From positions 32,001 to 96,000 of IMG/VR virus record IMGVR_UViG_3300030390_000715: a stretch of 64,000 bases of DNA. One strand, 5' to 3'. Position 1 is the stretch's first letter; each line of letters opens with the position of its first letter. Below are positions 38,157-49,717 of this stretch, piece after piece. Position numbers and translations under genes: made by a program. The notes under the pieces are model-generated. The model saw only the letters and a list, made by a program, of their open reading frames with translations, had not been told where the DNA came from and did no database searches. The stretch comes from a virus.

Positions 38157-38574
38157 ATGGATAATGATACTAACAGAATGATCTTCACCGATACTGGTGG
38201 CGCACAACGCACGTTCCCATTGATTGCTACTAAAAAGCATAAGTATAAAGAGATTAAAGCCTTGCTTGAGAGAGCGAGTGAGCTGTTGGATACGGCATAT
38301 GTCGCGCATTTAGAAAATAGACTTAAAAAGAGAAGAAAATAGAATGCCAATCTACACAGTGAAACATAAAGAAACCGGAGTTGAGAAAGATGTTCTTATG
38401 TCGATTTCAGGGATGCAAGACTTTCTAGCTAAAGGTGAATACGCGCAAGTCATAACAGCACCTGCGCTTATTACTCATACTGGTAACATCGTCAATAAAA
38501 CCTCGGGCGACTGGAAAGATCATCTAAAAGCGATCAAGAAAAACTCGACGGATAATAATACGATAAATGTTTAA
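38157..38574 (+). other. Two small conserved hypothetical genes
   Basis: 38157-38342; 38344-38574 MPIYT...TG...WKDHLKAIKK. Confidence 0.55.
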
Positions 38575-39041
38575 GCATCATGGTTATAAACATAGATGCT
38601 TTCAAGGCGTACCATTAAGCGTTCTGCTCTAGCACGAACCTGATCTTTCCACCACCAACTATCGCGACCTTCTATTGCCGCTTGTTTCCAATCACCTTCG
38701 CATAAAGCTTTCTTAAAGTTTACGAACTTTGAAAGATTTGGTCGACCCATGTTAAACATCATGTTCACGCAGACTTCTTGAACCTCGTCGGGCCAGAGAT
38801 TAAACTTAGGTCCATACAATCGAACACATTCCATAGATGCTATATGAACATCATTATCAAACGCTTGTCTCACACGATCTTCTGACACCTCAACACCTAC
38901 AGGTAAACCGTACTCTTCGTCATTCTTTGTGATCAAGTGTCCTATACCAAATGTAGGATATCCTAGATGGTCTTTATAGATATTATAAACCACGCCTTCG
39001 TCAATTTCTAGCTGTTCTCTCAATTTTGTATTATCTTTCAT
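38571..39041 (-). CDS. T4-type lysozyme (GH24), endolysin-like
   Basis: DEG...YKDHLGYPTFGIGHL (E-D-T triad), NMMFNMG, DSWW, RAERL; likely start MKDNT after a GGAGAG RBS; the only convincing minus-strand gene. Confidence 0.88.
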   Translation of the reverse strand: MKDNTKLREQLEIDEGVVYNIYKDHLGYPTFGIGHLITKNDEEYGLPVGVEVSEDRVRQAFDNDVHIASMECVRLYGPKFNLWPDEVQEVCVNMMFNMGRPNLSKFVNFKKALCEGDWKQAAIEGRDSWWWKDQVRARAERLMVRLESIYVYNHDA

Positions 39042-39558
39042 TAGTGGCTTCTCTCCGCTTTTCTTGGTGAATAACTTTATTAGACATTTTTTAAACATAC
39101 TTTATCTATAATGAAAATAAAAGCTTGACAGGCGCATTGAATCGTATATAATAGCAATTCATTAACGAAACAGAGTGAGGAAATTATGAACAACTCTAAC
39201 CTAATTGAATATCGTCTAGTTGAATACCGTTTATCTAACAGCTTCGAGACTAGAACAGTAACAGGCGAAGACTTTATGCGTCATGTATGCGAGTCGGTGA
39301 CTTGCGAGACTATAACACTCGCTAACGGTTTAGGGTGTTTGGTAATAACTAAACACATAAAATAAGGAGATACGTAATGAACAGCGATATGAACAGCGAT
39401 GAATTTCACGAAGGCTTTTCAATAGACACTTGGGCTAGATTTGCAAATGCGCGATGTATGACCGAGCGAGACGTTTTTAATCTTGATGGTCTAGAGAACG
39501 CTTCAAGGGAATTCATGGATCGACTTTTAGATAGCATTAACCTTTGGTAAATTAATGC

Positions 39559-39600
39559 TTGACATCCCTTGTGACCTTGATATAATAGTACTTCATTAAC
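39559..39600 (+). promoter_or_regulatory. Early promoter with AGTACTTCATTAAC element
   Basis: TTGACA-16-TATAAT; 27 bp identical to the promoter at 59215. Confidence 0.8.
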
Positions 39601-39620
39601 CAATGTAGAGAGATAAGATT

Positions 39621-41471
39621 ATGGCTAAATCACTAATACTCGTTGTTCAGACTCAACTCGCAGAAAACTATGGCGCACATTGTTGGAACGGTGAAGGTAA
39701 CTGTCCTCAGCGTTGGAAGTTTAAGGGTGGTGACACCTATGTTGTATCTGACGCGAAGGATACTGACAAGTTTCGTGACTTGGTTTCTAGTTCGATAGTC
39801 TCGGCAAATGATTACTATTCAGAAAGCATCCTCGACATTAAGGTGATGGCTGTATCAGATTATGTCGAGAGTGAACATGTAGAACACTGGGAAAGCCCAA
39901 TCTTTCTTCGTTACACTGGTAAACACGGCTCTAATGCGTTTTTCGCGAGAACCGAAAAAAGCAACGATTATATGAAGCATTTTACTGCCAGACGTTCGAG
40001 TTGGGTACAATCTGATGGTGAAAGACGAGACATTTCTTTTTCGTTTCTAGGAAGAAATGGCTCTTGGATGACTAACGAAGAACTTTCAGCAATAGGGGTA
40101 GCTATGATAAGTACATTGCCAGAAGTAACAGAGGGAGTAGGAAATGAGTGAATATAAAAGTAAAGAAAATAATTATTTTTTTGGTCACAAAACTGGAGAT
40201 GGTGATCGAGTTTATATAACAATGCCCCGATGGGAGTGTGGATGGTACTGGAGTTTTGGTAATCTTGTTAGTAACATAGGTAATTCGCCGCAACCAAATG
40301 AGACTTCTAATCTAGCTAACTACCGAGACGCTAGAAAGCTCTGCATGTATGAGACGTTAAAAGCAGATTATGCTTTATGTGAACCTTTGCGAAATGATGA
40401 TAACTTATGGAAGTTTTGCGAGTTGACTTATTCTTGCATAACTCTAAAGAATGCCGCCGAACTTTATTCGCGAGGTAGTAATCACGCGTATTCCCTTTCT
40501 GGTCGTATAAGGAATGAGGCAGAGTCTGTCAGACTCAATAATGTAGTCTTGCCAGCCCTATTCACTGAGATTGAATCGATCTTTATCAAAAAGGACCAGG
40601 CTTTTCTAGATTACGAAGCTGGCAGTAAACTCCTTTTTAATAATAAGCCCCGCAATTATATTTGACAACTACCATTAAACCTGTTACTATTTAAAAATCA
40701 ACTAAAACAAGGATATTATATTATGACAATTAAAAAAGATGCTAAAATTGAAGCGAAGATTCGCGACCGATTTTGTTCGGAAGTCAAAGACGAGTGGTTA
40801 TATAACCGCAATGCAGTAGTCGAAGGTCGTCTATGCAAGGAAGCTTGTGAAGAGATCGAAAGATTGCGCAAAATTGAGAGTAAGTTTAGTGAACTACAAC
40901 ATAGCATCTGGAAGGCAGATAAGGGTATGATAGACTCGGTGATCAGAGATTTAGGTCAAGTCGAAGTTAATTTTCCGAGTGTAGCACTCGATTTTGAATC
41001 GATTATGCCCTCAAAACCAATGAATAGTTTTCCTACTAAGATGGGACCCGAACTAACCGCCTTATCAGAGTTGTATAAAGTTGTTGCTGTAGAGACAGAA
41101 GAAAGAGCCCGGACTGCCGTGACGAACTACGAGGCGAAAACAGAAGAATCGCGTGAAGCTCTAATTAATACACTGAAACGATTCAAAGAGGCTTTAAAAG
41201 AAGCTGGTGTACGGTACCCGTTTTAAACTCACAGTAAGGATATTATATTATGAAAGAAACAGGAACGTGGGTTACTCGCTCATATCAAGATGTTAAAATG
41301 CATAAAAGCGAAGATGTGACATACCATTGCAATGAGAAAGAATTCGCCAATTTAGCCGCCGCGCGACTTTATATGAATAAGAAGAACATTATGTATGGTT
41401 ATGTGAAACACACTATCGAAGAACGGACTGTATCACATATAGAAATATGTTCAAGTCGGTACGTGAGTTAG
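39621..41471 (+). other. Four hypothetical early genes
   Basis: ORFs 39621-40151 (TQ..ENYGAH...WKFKGG), 40144-40665, 40723-41226 and 41250-41471. Confidence 0.6.
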
Positions 41472-41485
41472 ATTATATATAGTGT

Positions 41486-42358
41486 ATGCCTTTAAAAGAA
41501 TACATTGAACCATGGAAAAAGTTACCTTTCCTTTTTACTGACACTAATGTCGTAGATTGGAAAGGTACCATTGGCATGGGAGATATTCTTTTCGGGCTAA
41601 ATGCTGTTCATATGCTAACACACTTGGCTAGAAAAGAACGAGATATAGAATTCACTACGATGAATGTCCACTGGGTTCATGGACCAGACCACCTTCACCA
41701 CTTCGAAGACCCCGAAACTATTATAGAGCGAACTGAATACCTTCACTCGTTTTATCATGATCATACCGCAGTGCGTATTAATCACGTATTCGACTCTGAT
41801 GATAAAGAACTTTCAAGACTGAGACATAGAGGATTGCAACGTAAGTCTGGCGCAAGAGATGTGCTTGACGGAGTTCCTTCGTGGATATTTCGTAGAGATT
41901 CCTGGAGAGATTCTAGTGATAGTAACAAGATTACTTTTTGGAGACCCTACGCACTAAATGCTGAGATACCGAAGGGATGGAAAAGGACATTCAGTCCCGC
42001 AGATTGGGAAAGAATGTTGTCTATTCTTAGAGATCAAGGCTATGATCTTGTTGAATTGTCATATAGAACACCTGTACGTGAGGCGATGTATCATATCAAT
42101 ACTTCTAGGTTTTGCATATTCTATGATGGTATGTGGCAGTATATAGCACGAAATTTGTGCAAGCCTGTTATTGCATTAGGTGATAACGGCATTATTAACG
42201 TACATAATCCACAGGGGGTGAACTTTAAGTTTCCCACTACAGATAAACGAGGCGAATCTATATTCACCTATCTAACTGATTTACCGAGAACACAGAAGCA
42301 CATGGATGGTCGAGCAAAGAAGTATCGAGATTTTATCACGAACGAGTTGAATTTGTGA
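41486..42358 (+). CDS. Putative glycosyltransferase (GT9-like GT-B)
   Basis: GMGD near the N-terminus, WKR...W, YDGM...A....KP. Confidence 0.5.
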   Translation: MPLKEYIEPWKKLPFLFTDTNVVDWKGTIGMGDILFGLNAVHMLTHLARKERDIEFTTMNVHWVHGPDHLHHFEDPETIIERTEYLHSFYHDHTAVRINHVFDSDDKELSRLRHRGLQRKSGARDVLDGVPSWIFRRDSWRDSSDSNKITFWRPYALNAEIPKGWKRTFSPADWERMLSILRDQGYDLVELSYRTPVREAMYHINTSRFCIFYDGMWQYIARNLCKPVIALGDNGIINVHNPQGVNFKFPTTDKRGESIFTYLTDLPRTQKHMDGRAKKYRDFITNELNL

Positions 42359-42400
42359 TAGGCTTAGCGTATACTACAGAATCCTATATAAGAGAATAAT

Positions 42401-43372
42401 ATGAAAATCGATAGAGCAGTAATAGAGATTGTCGGAGCTTGTAACTTCTCTTGTACGATGTGCCCGCAGGATAAGCGCAACGAACAGGGTGGTCGGCACA
42501 AAAACTTTCTCCGTAAAATGAACTTGCTTGAGTTTGAAAATTACGTTAGTGATTGCGCTAAACATGGTCTACGCGTAGTGAATCTCGACGGTTCGGGAGA
42601 AGCCACTGTTAACAGACAACTTCCTGAATACATTAAGATCGTCAAGAGATATGGCGCTGAGTGCGTGATCTTCTCAAACGGCTTTAAGATGCACGGCAAG
42701 TTTATGCAGGACTGCGTGGACGCTGGATTAGACTTCTTTAGATTTTCGTTTATAGGCTCTGATTCAGCCGAGTATGATAAGTGGATGTATAATACTAGAG
42801 GATCTAACTTCGATTTCATTAAAAAGAACATACGCGAGATGCGAGAATATGTTAAAACGTCTGGATCAAGCTGTACAGTCGCGACCTATCATCTAATCAC
42901 TGATAACGATAACATCGAAGTTCAGCTTGACAAATATAAGAAAATTGTTGAGGAACTAGATGTCAGGACTGAAATCTGGAAGATGCACAACTGGTCAGGC
43001 GTTTATGACATAGAGGATAATGCTAGAGAAGGTAAAACGAAAACCTGTGGTCGACCATTCTCACCTGATGTTGTGATAAGATCGGGTGGCTTAGACGGTA
43101 AAGTGGGAGCGGTAGCTCCTTGCTGTCAAGTATTAGGTCGTGACGAAGAGGCTGTTCTGGGTCATTGTTCAGAGAATACGATTGAAGAGATATGGGATGG
43201 ACCTGCATACACTGAGTTACGCGAACAACACACTTCAGGTAATTATCCAGACTATTGTAAATCGTGCGATTTCTTACTTGATGATCCAGAAGTTCTAGTG
43301 TACAGTAATCACGAAAGAGACTTACATAAAATGTATGGTACTGAATTCAACTTGGATGATTTTAGAGTATGA
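42401..43372 (+). CDS. Radical SAM protein with SPASM/twitch domain
   Basis: CNFSCTMC; C-terminal CGRP...PCC...CKSC. Confidence 0.9.
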   Translation: MKIDRAVIEIVGACNFSCTMCPQDKRNEQGGRHKNFLRKMNLLEFENYVSDCAKHGLRVVNLDGSGEATVNRQLPEYIKIVKRYGAECVIFSNGFKMHGKFMQDCVDAGLDFFRFSFIGSDSAEYDKWMYNTRGSNFDFIKKNIREMREYVKTSGSSCTVATYHLITDNDNIEVQLDKYKKIVEELDVRTEIWKMHNWSGVYDIEDNAREGKTKTCGRPFSPDVVIRSGGLDGKVGAVAPCCQVLGRDEEAVLGHCSENTIEEIWDGPAYTELREQHTSGNYPDYCKSCDFLLDDPEVLVYSNHERDLHKMYGTEFNLDDFRV

Positions 43373-43956
43373 GCAAACCCGATGTACACATGATTGCCAT
43401 GTCAGAAAATGCAATTTCTATGCACTATCGCGACTACGTGCTTCCTTCATGGAAAGACGCGGGATATAACGTAGTGGAATTTGAAGCTATTGTTCCTGAT
43501 GATCTGAGTAGTCTCGGGCGTATAATTCCTTTGGGTGATAAGACGCGAAGAAATAAAGTCGTGGGATTTACTGATACCGAAAAAGCAGTTTGGTACAGTC
43601 ACTATAGCACATGGATGCTATGTCGAAAACTCAATAAACCTATCATAGTTATTGAACATGATATATTGTTAGAACATAACGAAATAGACTCTGAGGTATT
43701 TAACTATGACATTGCATGTCTATCTCATGTCACGCGCAAGAATGGTGATCACGCAAAGTTAGCCGGTGGTGCGTACTACATTACTCCGAAAGGCGCAAAG
43801 AGGCTTTGCGCAATTAAAGATCATAGGGATTTGATCACTTATAACTCGGACGCTTGGATTCATAGTCAATGCGACAAATACGGTAAATGGTTTATGATGA
43901 CAACGATACAATATCAAGACCCTAAAATAGGTGTTACAGTGGAGCATTTAAAATGA
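43369..43956 (+). CDS. GT25-like glycosyltransferase
   Basis: FEAI, WYSH..W, IEHD, GAYYITP.GA. Confidence 0.65.
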   Translation: MSKPDVHMIAMSENAISMHYRDYVLPSWKDAGYNVVEFEAIVPDDLSSLGRIIPLGDKTRRNKVVGFTDTEKAVWYSHYSTWMLCRKLNKPIIVIEHDILLEHNEIDSEVFNYDIACLSHVTRKNGDHAKLAGGAYYITPKGAKRLCAIKDHRDLITYNSDAWIHSQCDKYGKWFMMTTIQYQDPKIGVTVEHLK

Positions 43957-44777
43957 AGAAAATGATATACCAAGTATCTGTTGGTCCAAGATCGACACTC
44001 TATGATGCGTGTATTAAAAGCGTAGCCGCATATTGTGATCGCCATGGATTCGAACATGTTGTACAAACATCGCCTAAGCTAAGAATCGCACCTGACATAT
44101 TTGATACAATGAGAAGCCCTGAGTCATATGGCAAATACGGTGGATATTTACCCATCTATGAAAAGGAGAATGCATTTAACTATATCAATGACTTTGATCA
44201 GATAGCAATTATCGATGCGGACATATTCATTCGCGAAGATGCTCCGAGTGTGTTCGACGATTTGACACCAGGGTGTGCTTTTGGTGCAGTGATCGAGCGC
44301 GAGATGCCTCTGGTGCCCGCTTATCAAAATAAGATTATCAGTTATAGTCAGATGCAATATGCCACATTACATAACGAAACAGATTTTAAGCCTAATAAAT
44401 TGGGATATGAATTTGCAAACATGGGTATGATTGTGTTAGACTGTAAGCTGTTCAATGGCAATTATCTGAAGAATCGAAGTGCAAGAGAGTTCCTAGAAGC
44501 ACCTGAGTTCAAGCGATTCATCGATGGCATAGGTTGTTGGAAGTGGTCTACGGATCAAACATTACTAAATTTTTATATCAAGAAGAATAAAGTACCGTTC
44601 GCTAACATGTCTCATGTATGGAACGGGCTTTACACTGCTAACGCTAAGATCAGTGAATGTAATTTCATACACTTTTTCTTAAAAGATAAACTGCCTGATA
44701 GAGGTGAATCGCTATTTAATTCAGACTCTTCTCTTTCAGAAAACTATGTTGTTGTTGAGAGACTAATTAATGTCTAA
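43953..44777 (+). CDS. GT-A glycosyltransferase (GT8/GT34-like)
   Basis: IIDADI DxD, NMG, DQTLLN, WN, HFF. Confidence 0.7.
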   Translation: MKKMIYQVSVGPRSTLYDACIKSVAAYCDRHGFEHVVQTSPKLRIAPDIFDTMRSPESYGKYGGYLPIYEKENAFNYINDFDQIAIIDADIFIREDAPSVFDDLTPGCAFGAVIEREMPLVPAYQNKIISYSQMQYATLHNETDFKPNKLGYEFANMGMIVLDCKLFNGNYLKNRSAREFLEAPEFKRFIDGIGCWKWSTDQTLLNFYIKKNKVPFANMSHVWNGLYTANAKISECNFIHFFLKDKLPDRGESLFNSDSSLSENYVVVERLINV

Positions 44778-45891
44778 GTCGCAGGCTAAGTCATACGAAG
44801 AAAAGACGCAGAAGTATAGCACCTGGGGAGATAAACTCCTCCAGCATGCCGATCTCTTAGCTTCTATACAAGTCGAAGATAAGTTTAAGCCTGTCACGAT
44901 TCAGCTATCGTTGTGTGAAATGTGTGACAGTGATTGCCCATTCTGTTCGGTCGCGGCTAGACCTCTGAAGAGTTTCATACCTTGGGAGAAAGTTAAGAAG
45001 CTTCTACTTGATTTTAAATCATTAGGTGCTAAGAGTGTAGAGATAACAGGCGGTGGTAATCCATTACTGTATCGAGATAAAGCTGAGAAAAAGAATATCA
45101 ACGATGTGATCAGATTTGCTAGTGAAGAGTGTGGATTCGATATTGGTATTATTACGAACACTGCGAAGTTAGAACGACATTTATCTCCTGAAGTATATCC
45201 GTTTATCAATTGGCTTCGCATTAGCTTGATCAAGATAGACGAGGGTAAGAGTTGGGAACAATATGATTTCGGATCATTCCCTAGACATAAATTAGGATTC
45301 AGTTACATTATCTACGATAGCACAAACGGTATACCCGATGAATTGTCAAGAACTAATAAGGCTTATCTAGGAACTACAGTAGAAAGTATCGAAAGAATAG
45401 CCAGTTTGATAGAAGCTAATCCTGAAGTTAAGTTCTGTCGTATCGCAGGAAATTGCTTAATATCTTCGCACAACACTGAGATACGAGGTAAGTTCGGTAG
45501 TGTTATTGAAGCACTAGATAAACATAACAAGTTTTTTATCAAAGAGATATGGGACCAAGACAAAGCTTTCGGTGACGGTTGTTATGTCGGTCTTGTTCGC
45601 CCGTACGTAGCACCTCATCCACAAGGAGGTGAGTATCAAATTTATATTTGTACTAGTCACGTATTAGAGAATCGCATATATGATATGGATTATTCTCTTG
45701 GATCTATTGACAACGTGGTTGATATATGGTATAATGCTAATCAGCGATATGCAAAGACAGGAAATCCTTATGAGATACGCGGTAACTGTGGTGATGATTG
45801 GGATAAGTCTTGCGTTAAATGTTTTTATTACAACAACAACAAGCTACTGCACACCGTAGCACAACCTATGGAAGACCCGAACTTTCCTTAA
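44770..45891 (+). CDS. Radical SAM protein
   Basis: CDSDCPFC, ITGGGNP, C-terminal Cys cluster. Confidence 0.85.
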   Translation: MSKSQAKSYEEKTQKYSTWGDKLLQHADLLASIQVEDKFKPVTIQLSLCEMCDSDCPFCSVAARPLKSFIPWEKVKKLLLDFKSLGAKSVEITGGGNPLLYRDKAEKKNINDVIRFASEECGFDIGIITNTAKLERHLSPEVYPFINWLRISLIKIDEGKSWEQYDFGSFPRHKLGFSYIIYDSTNGIPDELSRTNKAYLGTTVESIERIASLIEANPEVKFCRIAGNCLISSHNTEIRGKFGSVIEALDKHNKFFIKEIWDQDKAFGDGCYVGLVRPYVAPHPQGGEYQIYICTSHVLENRIYDMDYSLGSIDNVVDIWYNANQRYAKTGNPYEIRGNCGDDWDKSCVKCFYYNNNKLLHTVAQPMEDPNFP

Positions 45892-46018
45892 ATATGAACA
45901 ATATAGTACACGTAGTTTTTATGTTATGGCTGTCGTTATCGATAGAAGCAGATGACGATTTATATGGAGCATTGCGATCACTGAAATTAGTGGAGCAATC
46001 AAAAAAGGTGATATTATT

Positions 46019-46600
46019 ATGAGTGAATTTAGTGAAGATTATTACGCGTCAAATAACTATAGCGATTATATGCAACGAGGTGATCGCTATCTAAGAACAG
46101 CGGATGAAATTGTCCAACAACTAGAAACTCTTGGTCTTAATAAAGAAGGTCTGATCTGCGATTTCGGTTGTGCCGTAGGATTTCTTTCTGCTGGATTAAA
46201 ATCTGTTCAGAAAAACCCTGTTTACGGTGTTGATGTTTCAGAGTATGCGAGAGGAGTGTGCGAGAGAAAGGGCATTACCGCACTCAAAGAGATAACTGAC
46301 AGCCAACACTCGGTAGTATTTTCTCTTGATGTGTTCGAGCATCTATCTAGTTCCGAGCTTCATGATATGTTTTCTAAACTAAAAACAGAGTGTATTGTAT
46401 TTCGTATGCCTGTCGTGGTCAATTCAGGCGAAGATTATCCTCTCGCCGTCTCTCGCGCTGATCCTACCCACAAGATTAGATGGACAAAAGATGAATGGCG
46501 TAGTTTCTTTAAAGAATATGGCTTCATGTCTCTCGACTTAAACCTTCACACAATATATAACTCCGATGGAGTCTTCACAGGAATAGCGATTAAATTATGA
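46019..46600 (+). CDS. Class I SAM-dependent methyltransferase
   Basis: DFGCAVG, GVDVS, DVFEHL. Confidence 0.85.
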   Translation: MSEFSEDYYASNNYSDYMQRGDRYLRTADEIVQQLETLGLNKEGLICDFGCAVGFLSAGLKSVQKNPVYGVDVSEYARGVCERKGITALKEITDSQHSVVFSLDVFEHLSSSELHDMFSKLKTECIVFRMPVVVNSGEDYPLAVSRADPTHKIRWTKDEWRSFFKEYGFMSLDLNLHTIYNSDGVFTGIAIKL

Positions 46601-47133
46601 AAAAAATAAAGGATGTAATGGACGATATGTTTTATGACAATAGAATTATTAGAACATTTATGAATAAGTTGCCTGTACCACCAAGATATGAGCATAAACA
46701 TAGACAACTCCAGATTCAGTTGGCTAGATTGGCACAAGATGAAGTTGACTCGTCAAAGGTACATAAAGCACTATTCGCTGAACATCGCCAGTTGACGTTT
46801 AAGTATGAAGCTGTTAAGAATTCTTATGAACAGAACGAATTCGATCTTATTAGTTTATATAAGATGATGTGGAAAAATCGAACCGGGGAGACTCCCAAAA
46901 CTATATCGTATGATCTATACAATAGACTAAAAGAACTTTATGTTATGAGCCCTAGATTGATTAAATACGAAATGCCAGTAATTGGAGTCGACCGTACAAC
47001 GATTCTAATTTCTTCTAAATTGACCCCTATTAAGTGGGATGAAATGCGAATGTTAATTTTTGGTGTGTCTCATGGTAAACTAGTTCTTCCGGACTTTAGT
47101 ATGGAATTGGTTGATGCGTATGACAACTCATAA
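46597..47133 (+). CDS. Hypothetical protein
   Basis: Coupled ORF. Confidence 0.5.
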   Translation: MKKIKDVMDDMFYDNRIIRTFMNKLPVPPRYEHKHRQLQIQLARLAQDEVDSSKVHKALFAEHRQLTFKYEAVKNSYEQNEFDLISLYKMMWKNRTGETPKTISYDLYNRLKELYVMSPRLIKYEMPVIGVDRTTILISSKLTPIKWDEMRMLIFGVSHGKLVLPDFSMELVDAYDNS

Positions 47134-47671
47134 TTCATTTAGAGTAGAGCGAATCATTACCCCGCACGAAGTTAATATATTAAAAGATAATTTCAATAAA
47201 TTAACACCTCGACTCGCGCACCAAGATTACAACTTGTTTGATGTCGATAAGCGATTGATCGATGACTATAGCCATCCGATTCTTCGAAAGATAGATAGAC
47301 ATGTTGATCTTAAACCTATGTCACATTATTTCGTCAAGTATGGCGAAGAAGGATTCACTAGTCTACACACCGACGATGATGGTGTGGTTAAACTAACAGT
47401 AGTTACTTTGATCGAGGATACTGATCTAGTCGGGGGCGAAACTTTAGTCATTGATCGTTACATGAAATCAGCTAGACCGAAAAATAAGTATGCGAAACGT
47501 GGAAAGATGGTTAATGCACCGATTGGTCAAAGTAAGATACCTGTTATAGCTAAGATGAAAGTTGGCGAATCAGTCATATACGATAACAAAGTCACTCACG
47601 GTGTATGCCAAGTTGAAAGAGGATCACGCTTAGTTCTTGTAAGTTGGTATATGGCACACGATGAAATGTAA
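47111..47671 (+). CDS. 2OG-Fe(II) oxygenase
   Basis: HTD, GGE, HGV, R-x-x-LV-x-W. Confidence 0.75.
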   Translation: MMRMTTHNSFRVERIITPHEVNILKDNFNKLTPRLAHQDYNLFDVDKRLIDDYSHPILRKIDRHVDLKPMSHYFVKYGEEGFTSLHTDDDGVVKLTVVTLIEDTDLVGGETLVIDRYMKSARPKNKYAKRGKMVNAPIGQSKIPVIAKMKVGESVIYDNKVTHGVCQVERGSRLVLVSWYMAHDEM

Positions 47672-48347
47672 TATAATATATGTCGCAGGTCATCCTCTAT
47701 CTGAAAAATGTCGAAAATTAACTGAGAATAGTCTTAAACACCACAGATATGATTATGAATCTATAAAGGGTGTCACCCCCGATACGATTATCGCGAGTGA
47801 TTTTCCCTTTCCTAATCTTATACTAGGAAGATTGTACGACTTCTATATTACTGGTCAAGATAGGAAATATGTTGTCAAAAAGAGTTGTTTGTTTAACAAT
47901 CTCAAATTCGCGCAAAGAGTCATTGAAGCTGATGAACCTATGATATTTCTTGAGCATGATACGATAGCTGTATCGCGTCTGCCCGACTTTGACTTTGACG
48001 AGTTCTGTATGCTATCATATGACTATGCATTCAAAGCACCTACCGCATTAGCGAAGGCACCATATGATAGCTATAACTTATACAGTAAAAGAGGGGTTCA
48101 TGATTTTCCGAGCAATTATCCTTTACGATACTATAAGCCCACAAAGTATAAAGGTGAGATCATGACTCCGGGCACCGCAGCCTATGCGCTATCGCCTAAA
48201 GGTGCGAAGAAGTTATTACAAGCCGCTAAAAAAGGCATAGAGCAATCCGACTTTATTATTAATTCTGGTACACTGAGACTTCAGCATTTAAGTCCTAGCC
48301 CGTTTCGTTACCAAAGCGTGAATCCAAATTTATCACATATATTATAA
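47661..48347 (+). CDS. GT25-like glycosyltransferase
   Basis: SC..NN, FLEHD, GTAAYALSPKGAKKL, D. Confidence 0.65.
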   Translation: MKCNIIYVAGHPLSEKCRKLTENSLKHHRYDYESIKGVTPDTIIASDFPFPNLILGRLYDFYITGQDRKYVVKKSCLFNNLKFAQRVIEADEPMIFLEHDTIAVSRLPDFDFDEFCMLSYDYAFKAPTALAKAPYDSYNLYSKRGVHDFPSNYPLRYYKPTKYKGEIMTPGTAAYALSPKGAKKLLQAAKKGIEQSDFIINSGTLRLQHLSPSPFRYQSVNPNLSHIL

Positions 48348-48356
48348 GGCAATACA

Positions 48357-49076
48357 ATGACTGGAATTGAAGGATATGTAATTACGATAGATGGACATGA
48401 GCCGTCGGAGAGTGCTTACTCAAGATTAGTTTCGAGTTCTTCCCAGACTTTCGGAAACACGTTCACTCTCCGCAAGTTTTCAGCTATCACACCAAAAGAT
48501 GATGTGTACGCTATAATGGCTAAACATACTATTGGATGGAATTATCCGGATATGGGTCAGGGTAGTCATCTATGCTACGATACAGGATTACTTAAATCTC
48601 CGTATCAATCAGAGGTATTAGAGAAAAGAATAGCTTGTTTTCTATCTCACTACGAACTATGGTGCAAATGTTTTGATACACAGCAGGCTATGCTAATCTT
48701 CGAACATGATGCTATATTCACGAGAAAGCTCCAACTTGACGTTTTGCAACTTTCGCGTTATGATGTCATTGGACTAAATGATCCTCGAGGCGCGACACGA
48801 AGATCCGATATGTATCACAATGCATCCAAAAAGTATAACGGTGTCGGACCTGCACCAAGAATAGACGATATAAATGTGCCTCAAGGAATTGCGGGTAACT
48901 CTGCGTACTATATAAATCCAAAGGGTGCAAGAAGATTGATCTTAAATGTATCGGAATATGGTGCTTGGCCCAACGATGCGATAATGTGTAGACAGCTAAT
49001 GGGTGGTAAACTAGGTCAATTGCATCCTTATGTAACAAAAATTCAACAAGGAATAGTTTCGACTACGGTGTTATGA
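48357..49076 (+). CDS. GT25-like glycosyltransferase
   Basis: YVI, FSAI, CFLSHYELW, IFEHD, AYYINP.GA. Confidence 0.75.
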   Translation: MTGIEGYVITIDGHEPSESAYSRLVSSSSQTFGNTFTLRKFSAITPKDDVYAIMAKHTIGWNYPDMGQGSHLCYDTGLLKSPYQSEVLEKRIACFLSHYELWCKCFDTQQAMLIFEHDAIFTRKLQLDVLQLSRYDVIGLNDPRGATRRSDMYHNASKKYNGVGPAPRIDDINVPQGIAGNSAYYINPKGARRLILNVSEYGAWPNDAIMCRQLMGGKLGQLHPYVTKIQQGIVSTTVL

Positions 49077-49717
49077 AATCATATGTAATCACGATAAAGG
49101 AATTACCTGAATCAGTTAAAGCCGCAGAGCGCATGATAGCCTCTGCTCCTGAGTATGACATTCAAATGTTCGATGCGATTGTACCATCAAACAATCCAAA
49201 GCAAATTCTTGCTAACAATAATATTCCTGTTGGCTGGTTTAAAGAAAAAGGTTCTTACATTGATAACTGCATAGCCGCTTTTCTTTCTCACTGGACACTC
49301 TGGCAAATGTGTGTACGAGATGGTGAAGAGTATCAGATTTTCGAACATGATGCTGTAGCAGTAGTGCCTATTCCTCGACATATAAATTATCAAGGATGTA
49401 TTAATCTAGGCGCACCAAGTTACGGTTCACAAAACCAATGTAGAATTCTTGGTGTTAATCCTCTAACAACTAAGCGGTATTTTCCTGGCGCACATGCATA
49501 TAGATTAAAGCCTCGTGCGGCTGAGTCGTTAGTAGAGATGGCATATGAATATGCACAACCAACTGACCTTTTTCTAAACTTATCCTTCTTCCCATGGCTC
49601 GAGGAGTTCTATCCTCATCCTGTAGAGGCTAAAGATACGTTCACGACTATACAGAAAGTTGATGGTTGTACTGCAAAGCATAATTATGGAGAATCATATG
49701 AAATCATCGAATTTTGA
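49073..49717 (+). CDS. GT25-like glycosyltransferase
   Basis: YVI, FDAI, FLSHW.LW, IFEHD, GAHAY. Confidence 0.75.
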   Translation: MKSYVITIKELPESVKAAERMIASAPEYDIQMFDAIVPSNNPKQILANNNIPVGWFKEKGSYIDNCIAAFLSHWTLWQMCVRDGEEYQIFEHDAVAVVPIPRHINYQGCINLGAPSYGSQNQCRILGVNPLTTKRYFPGAHAYRLKPRAAESLVEMAYEYAQPTDLFLNLSFFPWLEEFYPHPVEAKDTFTTIQKVDGCTAKHNYGESYEIIEF